Shown here piece by piece: positions 9,776 to 17,631 of a stretch of DNA of 32,000 nucleotides; position 1 is the stretch's first letter, and each line of letters begins with the position of its first letter. Both the position numbers and the translations under genes were made by a program. Under the pieces are notes generated by a model. The model had not been told where the DNA came from. It saw only the letters and a program-made list of their open reading frames with translations, and did not search any database. This DNA comes from Vibrio vulnificus CMCP6 (GTDB lineage: Bacteria; Pseudomonadota; Gammaproteobacteria; Enterobacterales; Vibrionaceae). The DNA is taken from NCBI RefSeq assembly GCF_000039765.1, contig NC_004459.3:1080001-1112000 (forward strand). The letters are read 5' to 3'.

Positions 9776-10639
9776 ATGAAACAGTGGGCTAGGTTAATCA
9801 CTATTGGCGCGTGTTTAGGCTCAGCATCGGCTGGGGCGCAAGCGACCCTTGATAAGAGTAAATATGGTTACTCTTACTTTACCCTTGGCTTTGAGAATGT
9901 GGTGTATGAAGAGCTGTTTCCCGGCTTAGACTCCGATGCCAGTGTGGTGAGCCCTGTGCTGAATACTGGCGGGCTTTATCACATCAATACGCGCTTTGAT
10001 TTTTCCATTGATGCGTTAGCGACCTTTTCGCCGATGAGTGCCACCGAAGAGTGGCATAAAAACGGTACGCTGATTCAAACCAACCAGTTTGAATACTTGA
10101 AAGCGGCAACCAACATTTTGCTGCATTACAAACTGCAAGATAACTGGCGTGTGTTGGGCGGGACATCGTTGACCTATCAAACCTACAAACGCTATGGCCT
10201 GAAAAACCACAATGGTTACGTCAATGATGTGTTTCGCGAAGGCAATACGTGGGAAGAGAAATCGACGGATATTTTCCTCGATGCAGGCGTAGCCTACGAT
10301 TCTGGCCACCTGTATGGGGAGAGCGATTGGCGTGTTAGTGGCCGTTGGATCTTCGGTGTGCCGATTTGGAGTGTCACTGAAAACTCACGTTTTGAAGACA
10401 TTCAATTTAACGACTTCGGTTTTAGAACCAATGCGGAAGCAACCCTTAGCTATCAGATCATGCCAGGTTTGCATTTGGGGTGGTTTGTGATGCTCGGTTA
10501 CGAGAAACGCTTCGAGTCTGATCCGCAACGAGTGATGTATACCACAGCAAGTGGTGTGGAGAAGCAAGGTCAAGCTTGGTTGCCAGAAGCACAAACTTGG
10601 ACACTCAACACGGGATTACAAGCGTTGTGGAACTTCTAA
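9776..10639 (+). CDS. Predicted outer-membrane beta-barrel protein, function unknown
   Basis: Signal peptide MKQWARLITIGACLGSASAGAQA; alternating amphipathic strands; C-terminal WTLNTGLQALWNF ends in an aromatic residue; AAGGAG RBS upstream. Confidence 0.75.
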   Translation: MKQWARLITIGACLGSASAGAQATLDKSKYGYSYFTLGFENVVYEELFPGLDSDASVVSPVLNTGGLYHINTRFDFSIDALATFSPMSATEEWHKNGTLIQTNQFEYLKAATNILLHYKLQDNWRVLGGTSLTYQTYKRYGLKNHNGYVNDVFREGNTWEEKSTDIFLDAGVAYDSGHLYGESDWRVSGRWIFGVPIWSVTENSRFEDIQFNDFGFRTNAEATLSYQIMPGLHLGWFVMLGYEKRFESDPQRVMYTTASGVEKQGQAWLPEAQTWTLNTGLQALWNF

Positions 10640-10660
10640 TCCCGTTTGTTGGGCTCAATT

Positions 10661-12229
10661 TCACAATTGCGGGTGGTGGTAAATCAGATTGATTTTCAAC
10701 TCCTCCAACAGGTGTGCGAATTGCGGTTTCGGGCGCAGGATGTAGCTGTAAATCTCGCCTTGTTGCAGATCGTTGTCATCTCGGTAGTCATGATTGATGG
10801 CCAAAGAGCGCTTGTTTGGTCCGGATGGAAAGACAAAACAGGCGACCGAGGAGACGCCATCCTCGTTGTGGCTGTAGGAGATGACATCTTCGTAGTCGCC
10901 CCGCCCCGCAATGACGGAGAGCTCAAAGTAAGGCAGCAGGGTGGTGCAATCAAAACTGCCGCTAACGCGATGAATGTTGAGGTCGGAGTCAAAGCGCTGA
11001 TAAACCGTGGGGTCCGCGGCTTGACGCTCGTAGATGTAGTTACCGACTTCTGCGGGAAGGTAATTTTGCTCAGCGTCGATAAAGAGGTAGTCAAAAAAGG
11101 TCATCTCATAAAGCTTTCGACCCGTTTCCACGTTGAGCCTTGCCTCCATCGCGGCTTTGTCGGTGAGCATGGTGTAAGTTTCATACTGGTTGCCGTCATG
11201 CACCGTGGTGAGGTGGTTTACCAACCCTTCCGTGAGGTTGGATGGGTAGCTTTGGCGAGTCATCCAGGTTTGTTTGGCATCAAAGGCGGACTGACTGCTG
11301 GTGAGAATCAGCTTATCGTCTTGCTGCTCAAACTCGCCAATCAATTTAAGTTCTTCATCGCTCGGACATTGGCGACGATTGCGCGCTGAGGCGAAATAGA
11401 CCTGATGATTGATCAGCTTCCACGCTTGGCAGTAAATCACCTCATAGGGATAACGAATACCCGCCAAGGTTTGGGTGGTTTCTAAGCGATAGAAGGTTTG
11501 ACCAATCAGTGGATGGTCAAATGGTGCGGCTGTTTCACCAATCGCGGGCAGGTCAAAATAAGCTTTTACCCACGCTTGGTCGTCGCTGCCGTGGTGATCA
11601 TCGCGTGCTGCGATCATCAGTTGCGGTTGAGCAACGGCTTTGGTTGCGGTGCCTAAAATCTGCACGGTACCCAGATTGCGGATTTTTAACCCCGGCACAT
11701 TGATGCGTACGGTGAGGGTGAGAAAGTCGTCATCGGCATCCACAAACAGTTGATCAATGTTGAGGGAATAGTGAATGGGCGCGCCTTGGTCGAGCTCCCA
11801 GCCGAAAATCTGACTCTGGATTTGTCTGGCCACTTCAGCGTTGAGCCTAGGTTTGCTGTTTGCGCCAACGCCTTTGGCAAGTTCTTTGTCGGAGACAATC
11901 ACAGTGGTGCCCGATGCGCTGCTTGGCAGAGCGATTTCGAGCTCTTCCTCTGGCGTTGGTGTTTGCCCAGTTTCCTCTGATGGTGGCGTAGGCAAAATGG
12001 CTGCCGCCTGAGTGAAGAGAGGCGAAACGTGAAGGTTCGCGTTTTGGGTTGGCGTTGTCGTGTTTGGTACCTTGCTTTCAACCGAAATGGCTTTGGCATG
12101 TGGCGCTGCTACGCGGGTTTCTGCCTCAGACAGCACACTCGAGGTCGCTTGGCTTGAAGAGAGCCAAAACCACATTCCAGTGACAAACGTGATGGCGAAG
12201 ACGACGAATAGGGGCTTACGGTGAGTCAT
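10661..12229 (-). CDS. Membrane-anchored exported protein with one cadherin/dystroglycan-like domain; last gene of the kinase/sigma operon
   Basis: Start chosen at ATG 12229 (MTHRKPLFVVFAITFVTGMWFWLSS), 8 nt past the sigma-factor stop. The longer ORF start at 12262 would overlap the sigma gene. DQLFVDADDDFLTLTVRINVPGLKIRNLGTVQILGTAT resembles the repeats of the 908 aa protein. Confidence 0.75.
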   Translation of the reverse strand: MTHRKPLFVVFAITFVTGMWFWLSSSQATSSVLSEAETRVAAPHAKAISVESKVPNTTTPTQNANLHVSPLFTQAAAILPTPPSEETGQTPTPEEELEIALPSSASGTTVIVSDKELAKGVGANSKPRLNAEVARQIQSQIFGWELDQGAPIHYSLNIDQLFVDADDDFLTLTVRINVPGLKIRNLGTVQILGTATKAVAQPQLMIAARDDHHGSDDQAWVKAYFDLPAIGETAAPFDHPLIGQTFYRLETTQTLAGIRYPYEVIYCQAWKLINHQVYFASARNRRQCPSDEELKLIGEFEQQDDKLILTSSQSAFDAKQTWMTRQSYPSNLTEGLVNHLTTVHDGNQYETYTMLTDKAAMEARLNVETGRKLYEMTFFDYLFIDAEQNYLPAEVGNYIYERQAADPTVYQRFDSDLNIHRVSGSFDCTTLLPYFELSVIAGRGDYEDVISYSHNEDGVSSVACFVFPSGPNKRSLAINHDYRDDNDLQQGEIYSYILRPKPQFAHLLEELKINLIYHHPQL

Positions 12230-12237
12230 GATCCGGA

Positions 12238-12810
12238 TTATGCCATTCGTGATTGCAGCCAACTGCGTGAGAACTTGAGGTCTTTTTCAATCAAACTGGC
12301 ACTGCATTCGAGTAACTCACTGATCTCTTGGTTTTTCATCCCCATCAAGTACTTCAGTTTGAGCGCGTTGGACTGACGAGGGTAGCGAACACTGAAGTTA
12401 TCCAGTGCTTTGTCCATGATGATCAACTGCTCAAATTTTTCCTGATGTTCACTCGGTAGCTGTGTCACTTGCTGACGTTTTTGTGCTTGCAGTGAACGTG
12501 CATTGTCGATCAAGATTTGGCGCATCACTTTGGCGGCCATGAGGAAAAAATCGCGCTTGCCGCTGATTTCACTCATGTCGCTGGTGGAAAGCTTAAGGTA
12601 CGCATCGTGGATCAAAGCGGTGGTGCTGTTCACGCTGTCTGCCAACACTTCGTTTTCAAGACCATACTTTTCGGCGTTGCGCTCGCGTTCTTGCTGGGCA
12701 ATTTTGCGCAGTTGTAAGTAGGCGAATTGATACAGCTGGCTTTCGGCTTCTTTGTCACCGGCTTGCCACTGCTGAATGATATGGGTAAGAGAAGTCGATT
12801 GTGCACTCAT
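12238..12810 (-). CDS. ecfP: ECF-like sigma factor (EcfP/ECF43-like)
   Basis: 190 aa; sigma2-like N-terminal half including ALIHDAYLKL...KVMRQILIDNARSLQAKKR, sigma4-like HTH NALKLKYLMGMKNQEISELLECSASLIEKDLKFSRSWL; same operon as a Ser/Thr kinase; Ser-Thr-Thr-Ala at the region 2.2 acidic position. Symbol assigned by recalled similarity, not by a search. Confidence 0.8.
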   Translation of the reverse strand: MSAQSTSLTHIIQQWQAGDKEAESQLYQFAYLQLRKIAQQERERNAEKYGLENEVLADSVNSTTALIHDAYLKLSTSDMSEISGKRDFFLMAAKVMRQILIDNARSLQAQKRQQVTQLPSEHQEKFEQLIIMDKALDNFSVRYPRQSNALKLKYLMGMKNQEISELLECSASLIEKDLKFSRSWLQSRMA

Positions 12811-14246
12811 GACGGCTCTCCTTGTTGTTTAACGAATTCGGAAATGGTGTAAGTATCAATGCGATCAGAGCCATCACGCTGAGGTGAGACTTGCTGTTGA
12901 TAGCGATACAAGATGCCCTGATCCCAATTTTGTCCGGCAGGGAGGTATTCCCATGTGGTGTATTGCGCTGGGTAAGGTTGTGGAAACCAGCGCACCATTA
13001 CGTTCATCTGCTCTAATTGTGCGTGGCCAGAGGCATTACGTAACCACCACATATCTTTATACTCTTGTGTCACATCTTGGCGATAGGCTGATGCCGCCAG
13101 CGGGCATGACGACACATTGCTTGGGCCAAGCCACACTCGGCCATCGACAATGTTTAAGCAGCGTTCTGTGAGGGTTTGATCTTGGTATTGGGTTTCTTTC
13201 CAGATCCCTTCATAGGCGATGCGTTGGCCTTTTGCTTCTGGGTAGGTAAACCAGAGGGACTCAGCCTTATTGCTGTGTGCGACTTGGGCTTTGCGTCCCA
13301 AACCTTGCATTTTCCCCATCAGCAGCTGCGTTTGAGGGTCAAAATTCAGGGCCACGGAGCGGTATTTCCAATCGCCTTCGTCATCGAAATCTTCCAGTGA
13401 GAAACCGTTGAGATCGTGACGCGTGCAACCTTGGCTCGCACAGCCAACAACCCCTTCCCATTGCTCAAAATGGCTCAGTGGTTCAACGGTTTTTTCTCGA
13501 TAGGCGTGCTGTCGGTTGAGGTAACAGCCGTTGAAATAATCGCCAACGCTCGGGTACTGAATCAGGCTGTCGTGGGTCACTTCAAAGCTCATGACCCCGA
13601 CTGGGGTACGATAATCAGGGCGATCAAGATGGCGTAAATCGAGGGCGCAAGCACGTCCTTGCCAGTCTTTTTTGTTAATGATGATATTGCGCAAGCGTAC
13701 ATTGAGTGGGGAGAAAATCACCTCCTCGGAGGTGAAATGCTGCTCGATATAACGCTGGCTTTGGTTGAGGTGTTCAACCGCTTCTTTGACGGAAACCAGT
13801 TCGACGTCCAGTTGGTTTGTGGAAGAATCAAAAAAATTGAGGTCGAGCCCTTGCAACTGCTGCTGCAATTTGGGATCGGACAACAGTTTGTTCAATAGTA
13901 CGATTTCATCACGATTCTCAGGGGTGCTGTCGAGCGAGAGCAGCAAGCGAGTCATATTGATGCTGCGGCTCGGTTTCGTGCTGGCGAGGGTCGGCGTGAT
14001 GACTTCTTGACCCGATAAGGTGGTCAGCAAGTAGCCGCTATCATCATTGCCCAAGAAAAAACTCACCACATCGCCGGGATGATACTGAAACGCCCCTTTG
14101 TGAGTGGTGCCAGAAAGGTTTGAACTGGTTTTGTAGTACAGCCCCGTCACCGGAGAATCGATGAAATAGCCCGTTTTTGGGGTGGAGGCTTGGCAGTAAA
14201 AAGCGCTCAAACCCAGGCATAGCGTGAGAGTGTGTAACAGTTTCAT
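12807..14246 (-). CDS. Exported protein of unknown function encoded between kinase and sigma factor
   Basis: Signal peptide MKLLHTLTLCLGLSAFYCQA; GYFIDSPVTGLYYKTSSNLSGTTHKGAFQYHPGDVVSFFLG domain typical of Vibrio/Shewanella exported proteins; ATGA overlap with the sigma-factor start. Confidence 0.8.
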   Translation of the reverse strand: MKLLHTLTLCLGLSAFYCQASTPKTGYFIDSPVTGLYYKTSSNLSGTTHKGAFQYHPGDVVSFFLGNDDSGYLLTTLSGQEVITPTLASTKPSRSINMTRLLLSLDSTPENRDEIVLLNKLLSDPKLQQQLQGLDLNFFDSSTNQLDVELVSVKEAVEHLNQSQRYIEQHFTSEEVIFSPLNVRLRNIIINKKDWQGRACALDLRHLDRPDYRTPVGVMSFEVTHDSLIQYPSVGDYFNGCYLNRQHAYREKTVEPLSHFEQWEGVVGCASQGCTRHDLNGFSLEDFDDEGDWKYRSVALNFDPQTQLLMGKMQGLGRKAQVAHSNKAESLWFTYPEAKGQRIAYEGIWKETQYQDQTLTERCLNIVDGRVWLGPSNVSSCPLAASAYRQDVTQEYKDMWWLRNASGHAQLEQMNVMVRWFPQPYPAQYTTWEYLPAGQNWDQGILYRYQQQVSPQRDGSDRIDTYTISEFVKQQGEPS

Positions 14247-14274
14247 GGTCTATCTTCGCTTATCCTATCGGCAT

Positions 14275-15609
14275 TCAGGGGTGCTGGCAGTTGGGTTGGC
14301 AATCCACCTCAACCACTTGTTTCTCTGGTGTGGGGGTGATCATCGCCAACAACATTTTCTGTTTGATGTGCTTGGGAATATCAGGATTGGATAAGATTCG
14401 CCGCCGCGTGATTTCGAGCATCGAGCTCACCGACATTTGTGCTAACTGATTACCTTTGGTGTGGAACATCAAACGCGTCACTTCGTACATCATCTCTTCT
14501 GCAATGAGCTTTTCCTGTTCAAGCTGACGGTTTTTGTTGATCAGCGTGCTGGTAAACATCACGCCCGTCATCACCAAAAGCGTCAACAGGAAGGTCGGCA
14601 TTGGTCTTCTTTGGATTAAGCGCTTAGTGGTGTAGAGCGGAATGTGCTGTTTGAGGGAAATAGGACGGCACGCCAGCATGTTCTCAATATCGACGCGTAA
14701 TTCGCTCACGCTTAAGTAGCGCTGCTCCGCGATCGCTTGGGTGGCTTTCTCGGCAATAAAGCAAAGGTCGGAGCGCTTTTTCATGTGCGGGAACAGCAGC
14801 TGCAGGATTTTCCCGAGCGAGTAGATATCGCTTTGCTGAGTTAAATAGCCCCCCGATTTTTGCTCAGGGCTGGCGTAATGTTCGCTAAACGCAACCAAGC
14901 CAGTTTTGCCTTGTTGCTTTGCTTGGTCACTGACTTTTTGCGTTAAGTTAAAATCGAGTAACTTTGGCCGCTGAGCGTGGTCGATGAGAATGTTTTCTGG
15001 CTTAAGATCCGCGTGTAAGACCTGATTGTGGTGCGCGTGCTCGACCGCTTGGCACAGTTGCAGAAACAGGGTGAGCTTGGCTGTTTGATCCAGCGTGTGG
15101 TGTTTGAGGTAGGTGTCGAGTGTTACGCCGTCGACTTGCTCCATCACAATGTACACCGAATCTTGGTAGACCCCGCCATCAAAGACTTTGGCAATACAGG
15201 GGTGATTAAGCCTGGCCAGTAACTGCGCTTCATCAAACAGTGCTTTCTTACCGAGGACTTTGGTCAGAGAGGGTTGAATAAACTTGATGGCCAGTTGTTG
15301 TTCAAACGTTTCGTCAGCGCGGTAGGCCGCGTACACCACCCCCATGCCACCTCGGCCGAGCTCGTGAGTGAGCTGATATTTGTCGATCAGTTGGCCGGCC
15401 AAATCGAGCGAGGTATCGGTGGCGTGATGGGCGTGAAAACCCAGTAATTCGGTGAGGGGCTCGCTCTCTTGCGGTTGCATGAGAGGGGTTAACGCTCGAT
15501 AGACTTCCGGGGCGTCTTGTTCGAGTTGTTGGAGCGCTTGTTGTTTTTCTTCTTCATTGAGATCCAGCAAGCGATAGAACACTTGCGTGGTACTGGTACC
15601 TAGCTGCAC
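14275..15609 (-). CDS. pknT: Transmembrane Hanks-type Ser/Thr protein kinase (PknT-like)
   Basis: ELGRGGMGVVY glycine loop, AIKFI lysine, HADLKPENILI catalytic loop, LLDFN metal-binding motif, YASPEQ; TM MPTFLLTLLVMTGVMFTSTLI; about 75 aa extracytoplasmic tail. Starts with GTG. Confidence 0.9.
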   Translation of the reverse strand: MQLGTSTTQVFYRLLDLNEEEKQQALQQLEQDAPEVYRALTPLMQPQESEPLTELLGFHAHHATDTSLDLAGQLIDKYQLTHELGRGGMGVVYAAYRADETFEQQLAIKFIQPSLTKVLGKKALFDEAQLLARLNHPCIAKVFDGGVYQDSVYIVMEQVDGVTLDTYLKHHTLDQTAKLTLFLQLCQAVEHAHHNQVLHADLKPENILIDHAQRPKLLDFNLTQKVSDQAKQQGKTGLVAFSEHYASPEQKSGGYLTQQSDIYSLGKILQLLFPHMKKRSDLCFIAEKATQAIAEQRYLSVSELRVDIENMLACRPISLKQHIPLYTTKRLIQRRPMPTFLLTLLVMTGVMFTSTLINKNRQLEQEKLIAEEMMYEVTRLMFHTKGNQLAQMSVSSMLEITRRRILSNPDIPKHIKQKMLLAMITPTPEKQVVEVDCQPNCQHP

Positions 15610-15761
15610 GACGATAACGATTTCTTATATTTTTATTAGCAGCTAGTTTATAAGAAATTTGTATTATAGGTGAGAATTTTCTTACGAGTGAGAAAGTATA
15701 AAGCACAATTTATGAATTCAGCCGAGATCTGTGAAATGTTGTCAGGCAAAAGTTGAGAACA

Positions 15762-16559
15762 TCAGCGATCTTCGTTTTCCAGTTTTTGTGTCAGTTCCAG
15801 ATATTTCTGCTCGATAAACGCCTTTTCTTTGTTGACGTGCATCAGCTGTTTTTGCATCGCAAGTAGCTTCTGTTTGAGCTCATCACTGGCAGCGCCACTC
15901 GTGCTGGTAGAAGCCTGATTGGCCAACTGCTGTTTGTAGTTCTCAATGGTGGCGAGCAGTTGATCCTTCTCTTTTTGAAAGCCTTGCTCGACATCTTGAA
16001 AGCCACCGCTTTCGCTGATCATGATGTATTCCCGCTCCAGTTGCTCAAACTGTTTCTCAATATCCTCTTTCTGCTTGCGTAGGCCATCAACGGTATCATT
16101 TTGTTCAAGTAATTTGGCTTTGGCTTTACGCAGGCCACGCACGCTTTTGTCGAGATCCCCCTTGAGTTTACGAATCAACTGTTGGGATTTACTTAGCTTT
16201 TGATTTAACGCTTCAATGGAGGCGAGGTCTTGCTCACTGGGATTTTGGCTGGCGGCTCGAATCTCGGCCACCTGTTTTTCCAGCGCTTGTTGAATTTGAA
16301 TGAGTGCATTGAGCGTGTCGCGGTTCTCATTGCTGTAGTCGATGGCGTGATTGACCGACTCCTCACACATGGCGATAGTGGCTGGCGAAGCCGCATCGCT
16401 GGCCACGGTGTCGCTGGCTGGGCGCATGGCTTTGCGGAACTCACGCAGCATCAACCACAGCAACACAAACCAAGCCAACAAAATCAGCAAGCCAAGGTTG
16501 ATGCCCAGCATCAGCAACAACTCTTTATCCCAAGATTGGTCGAAGAACTCGAACGACAT
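15762..16559 (-). CDS. Membrane-anchored coiled-coil protein, function unknown
   Basis: N-terminal TM ELLLMLGINLGLLILLAWFVLLWLMLREF followed by long heptad-like Lys/Glu/Gln/Leu-rich sequence. Confidence 0.8.
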   Translation of the reverse strand: MSFEFFDQSWDKELLLMLGINLGLLILLAWFVLLWLMLREFRKAMRPASDTVASDAASPATIAMCEESVNHAIDYSNENRDTLNALIQIQQALEKQVAEIRAASQNPSEQDLASIEALNQKLSKSQQLIRKLKGDLDKSVRGLRKAKAKLLEQNDTVDGLRKQKEDIEKQFEQLEREYIMISESGGFQDVEQGFQKEKDQLLATIENYKQQLANQASTSTSGAASDELKQKLLAMQKQLMHVNKEKAFIEQKYLELTQKLENEDR

Positions 16560-16659
16560 CGCGTGCTTACCTCGTTTAATCGCGTATTGATAAGTTTAGA
16601 AGCTGCGACGAATTGTGCCTATAATTTAAACACTTCTTGCAACTGGACGCGCATCAACG

Positions 16660-17556
16660 GTGAAAATACTGATTGTCGATGACAGCAAAGCAACGCTGGA
16701 AATTGTTCGCAAAGCCCTGCTTGGGTTTGGCTATCGTCGCTTGTCGATTGAAAAGACCAACTGTGCTCGTGAGGCACTGGAAAAAATGGCGCATTGGCGT
16801 CCGGATATCGTGCTGACGGATTGGCATATGCCAGACATGAGTGGCTTGGAACTGGTGCAAACCGTTGCCTCCCGTTTTCCTGAGGTGAAAATTGCGATGA
16901 TCACCACCGTTGATGATGACGAGCAGATTGCCCAAGCAAAAGCGGCGGGGGCCAGCTTTGTGTTGAGTAAACCGTTTGATGACGATGCATTGCATCGCAA
17001 GCTGTTGCCATTGGTGCAAGGGGCGGAAGAGAGTGAAAAAGCGTTTGATGAGCTGGTGGAAATCCAAAAAGAGCTCGCCTTGCCCAAGTTAAGTCAGTTG
17101 GAGAAGCTACTGCGAAAAGTGGTGCATGATGAGATTGCCCTCACCAATATCCGCTTACAACAGTTTGATGAAAGCAAAGTGCCCTGCATGATTGCCATTT
17201 ATGAAGATGGGGAAACGCAAAAGCCACGCGCGGTGGCGGTGCTGGATATTTACGCGGTGTGCGTGCTGGCGAGTGCCAATACGCACATTACGGCAGAACA
17301 ACTGAGCCAAGCCATCCATAAAAAAATGGTCAGCAAAGCGATTTTAGACACATGCCAGATGGTGTTGGATAAATCCTCTTTGGCATTTTTGGACAGCTTA
17401 ACGCGCAAAAGCCTACGGCTAAAAAGCGTCAGTTTTGTGCCAGAAGCGTTTGATAAGTTGAAGGTGCTATTTAGCAAACCCGCCGATAAACGCCTCGATT
17501 TCTCCTGCCAGTTAGGGGAGATGGCGCAGGGGAAGATCACATTGGTGGGTTTTTAG
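16660..17556 (+). CDS. Response regulator with a receiver domain and an unassigned C-terminal domain
   Basis: Receiver motifs MKILIVDDSKATLE, DIVLTDWHMPDMSG, TT(V) and K in FVLSKPFDDD; about 170 aa C-terminal region without a recognisable DNA-binding HTH. GTG start. Confidence 0.88.
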   Translation: MKILIVDDSKATLEIVRKALLGFGYRRLSIEKTNCAREALEKMAHWRPDIVLTDWHMPDMSGLELVQTVASRFPEVKIAMITTVDDDEQIAQAKAAGASFVLSKPFDDDALHRKLLPLVQGAEESEKAFDELVEIQKELALPKLSQLEKLLRKVVHDEIALTNIRLQQFDESKVPCMIAIYEDGETQKPRAVAVLDIYAVCVLASANTHITAEQLSQAIHKKMVSKAILDTCQMVLDKSSLAFLDSLTRKSLRLKSVSFVPEAFDKLKVLFSKPADKRLDFSCQLGEMAQGKITLVGF

Positions 17557-17596
17557 CACTGCACCTTGGTTGTGTGTGAGGATCGGATTGGTCATA

Positions 17597-17612
17597 ATGT
17601 TACAAGTAACAT
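17597..17612. promoter_or_regulatory. GntR operator (autoregulatory site upstream of gntR)
   Basis: Perfect palindrome ATGTTAC-AA-GTAACAT, 20 bp upstream of the gntR start; matches the E. coli GntR operator pattern. Confidence 0.85.
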
Positions 17613-17631
17613 TAATGACAAAAATCTTTTT

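Noticed and set aside
10646-11389. 247 aa plus-strand ORF opposite the CADG-like operon protein
   Set aside because: Val-rich shadow translation of the minus-strand gene; it has no recognisable domain, whereas the minus-strand protein has an anchor and a related domain in the nearby lipoprotein.
15762-17087. Long antisense ORFs opposite the coiled-coil and response-regulator genes (e.g. 16230-16682 +, 16654-17067 -, 16731-17087 -)
   Set aside because: They overlap ORFs with clear protein features; their own translations show no family or domain signal and fit GC-biased shadow ORFs.
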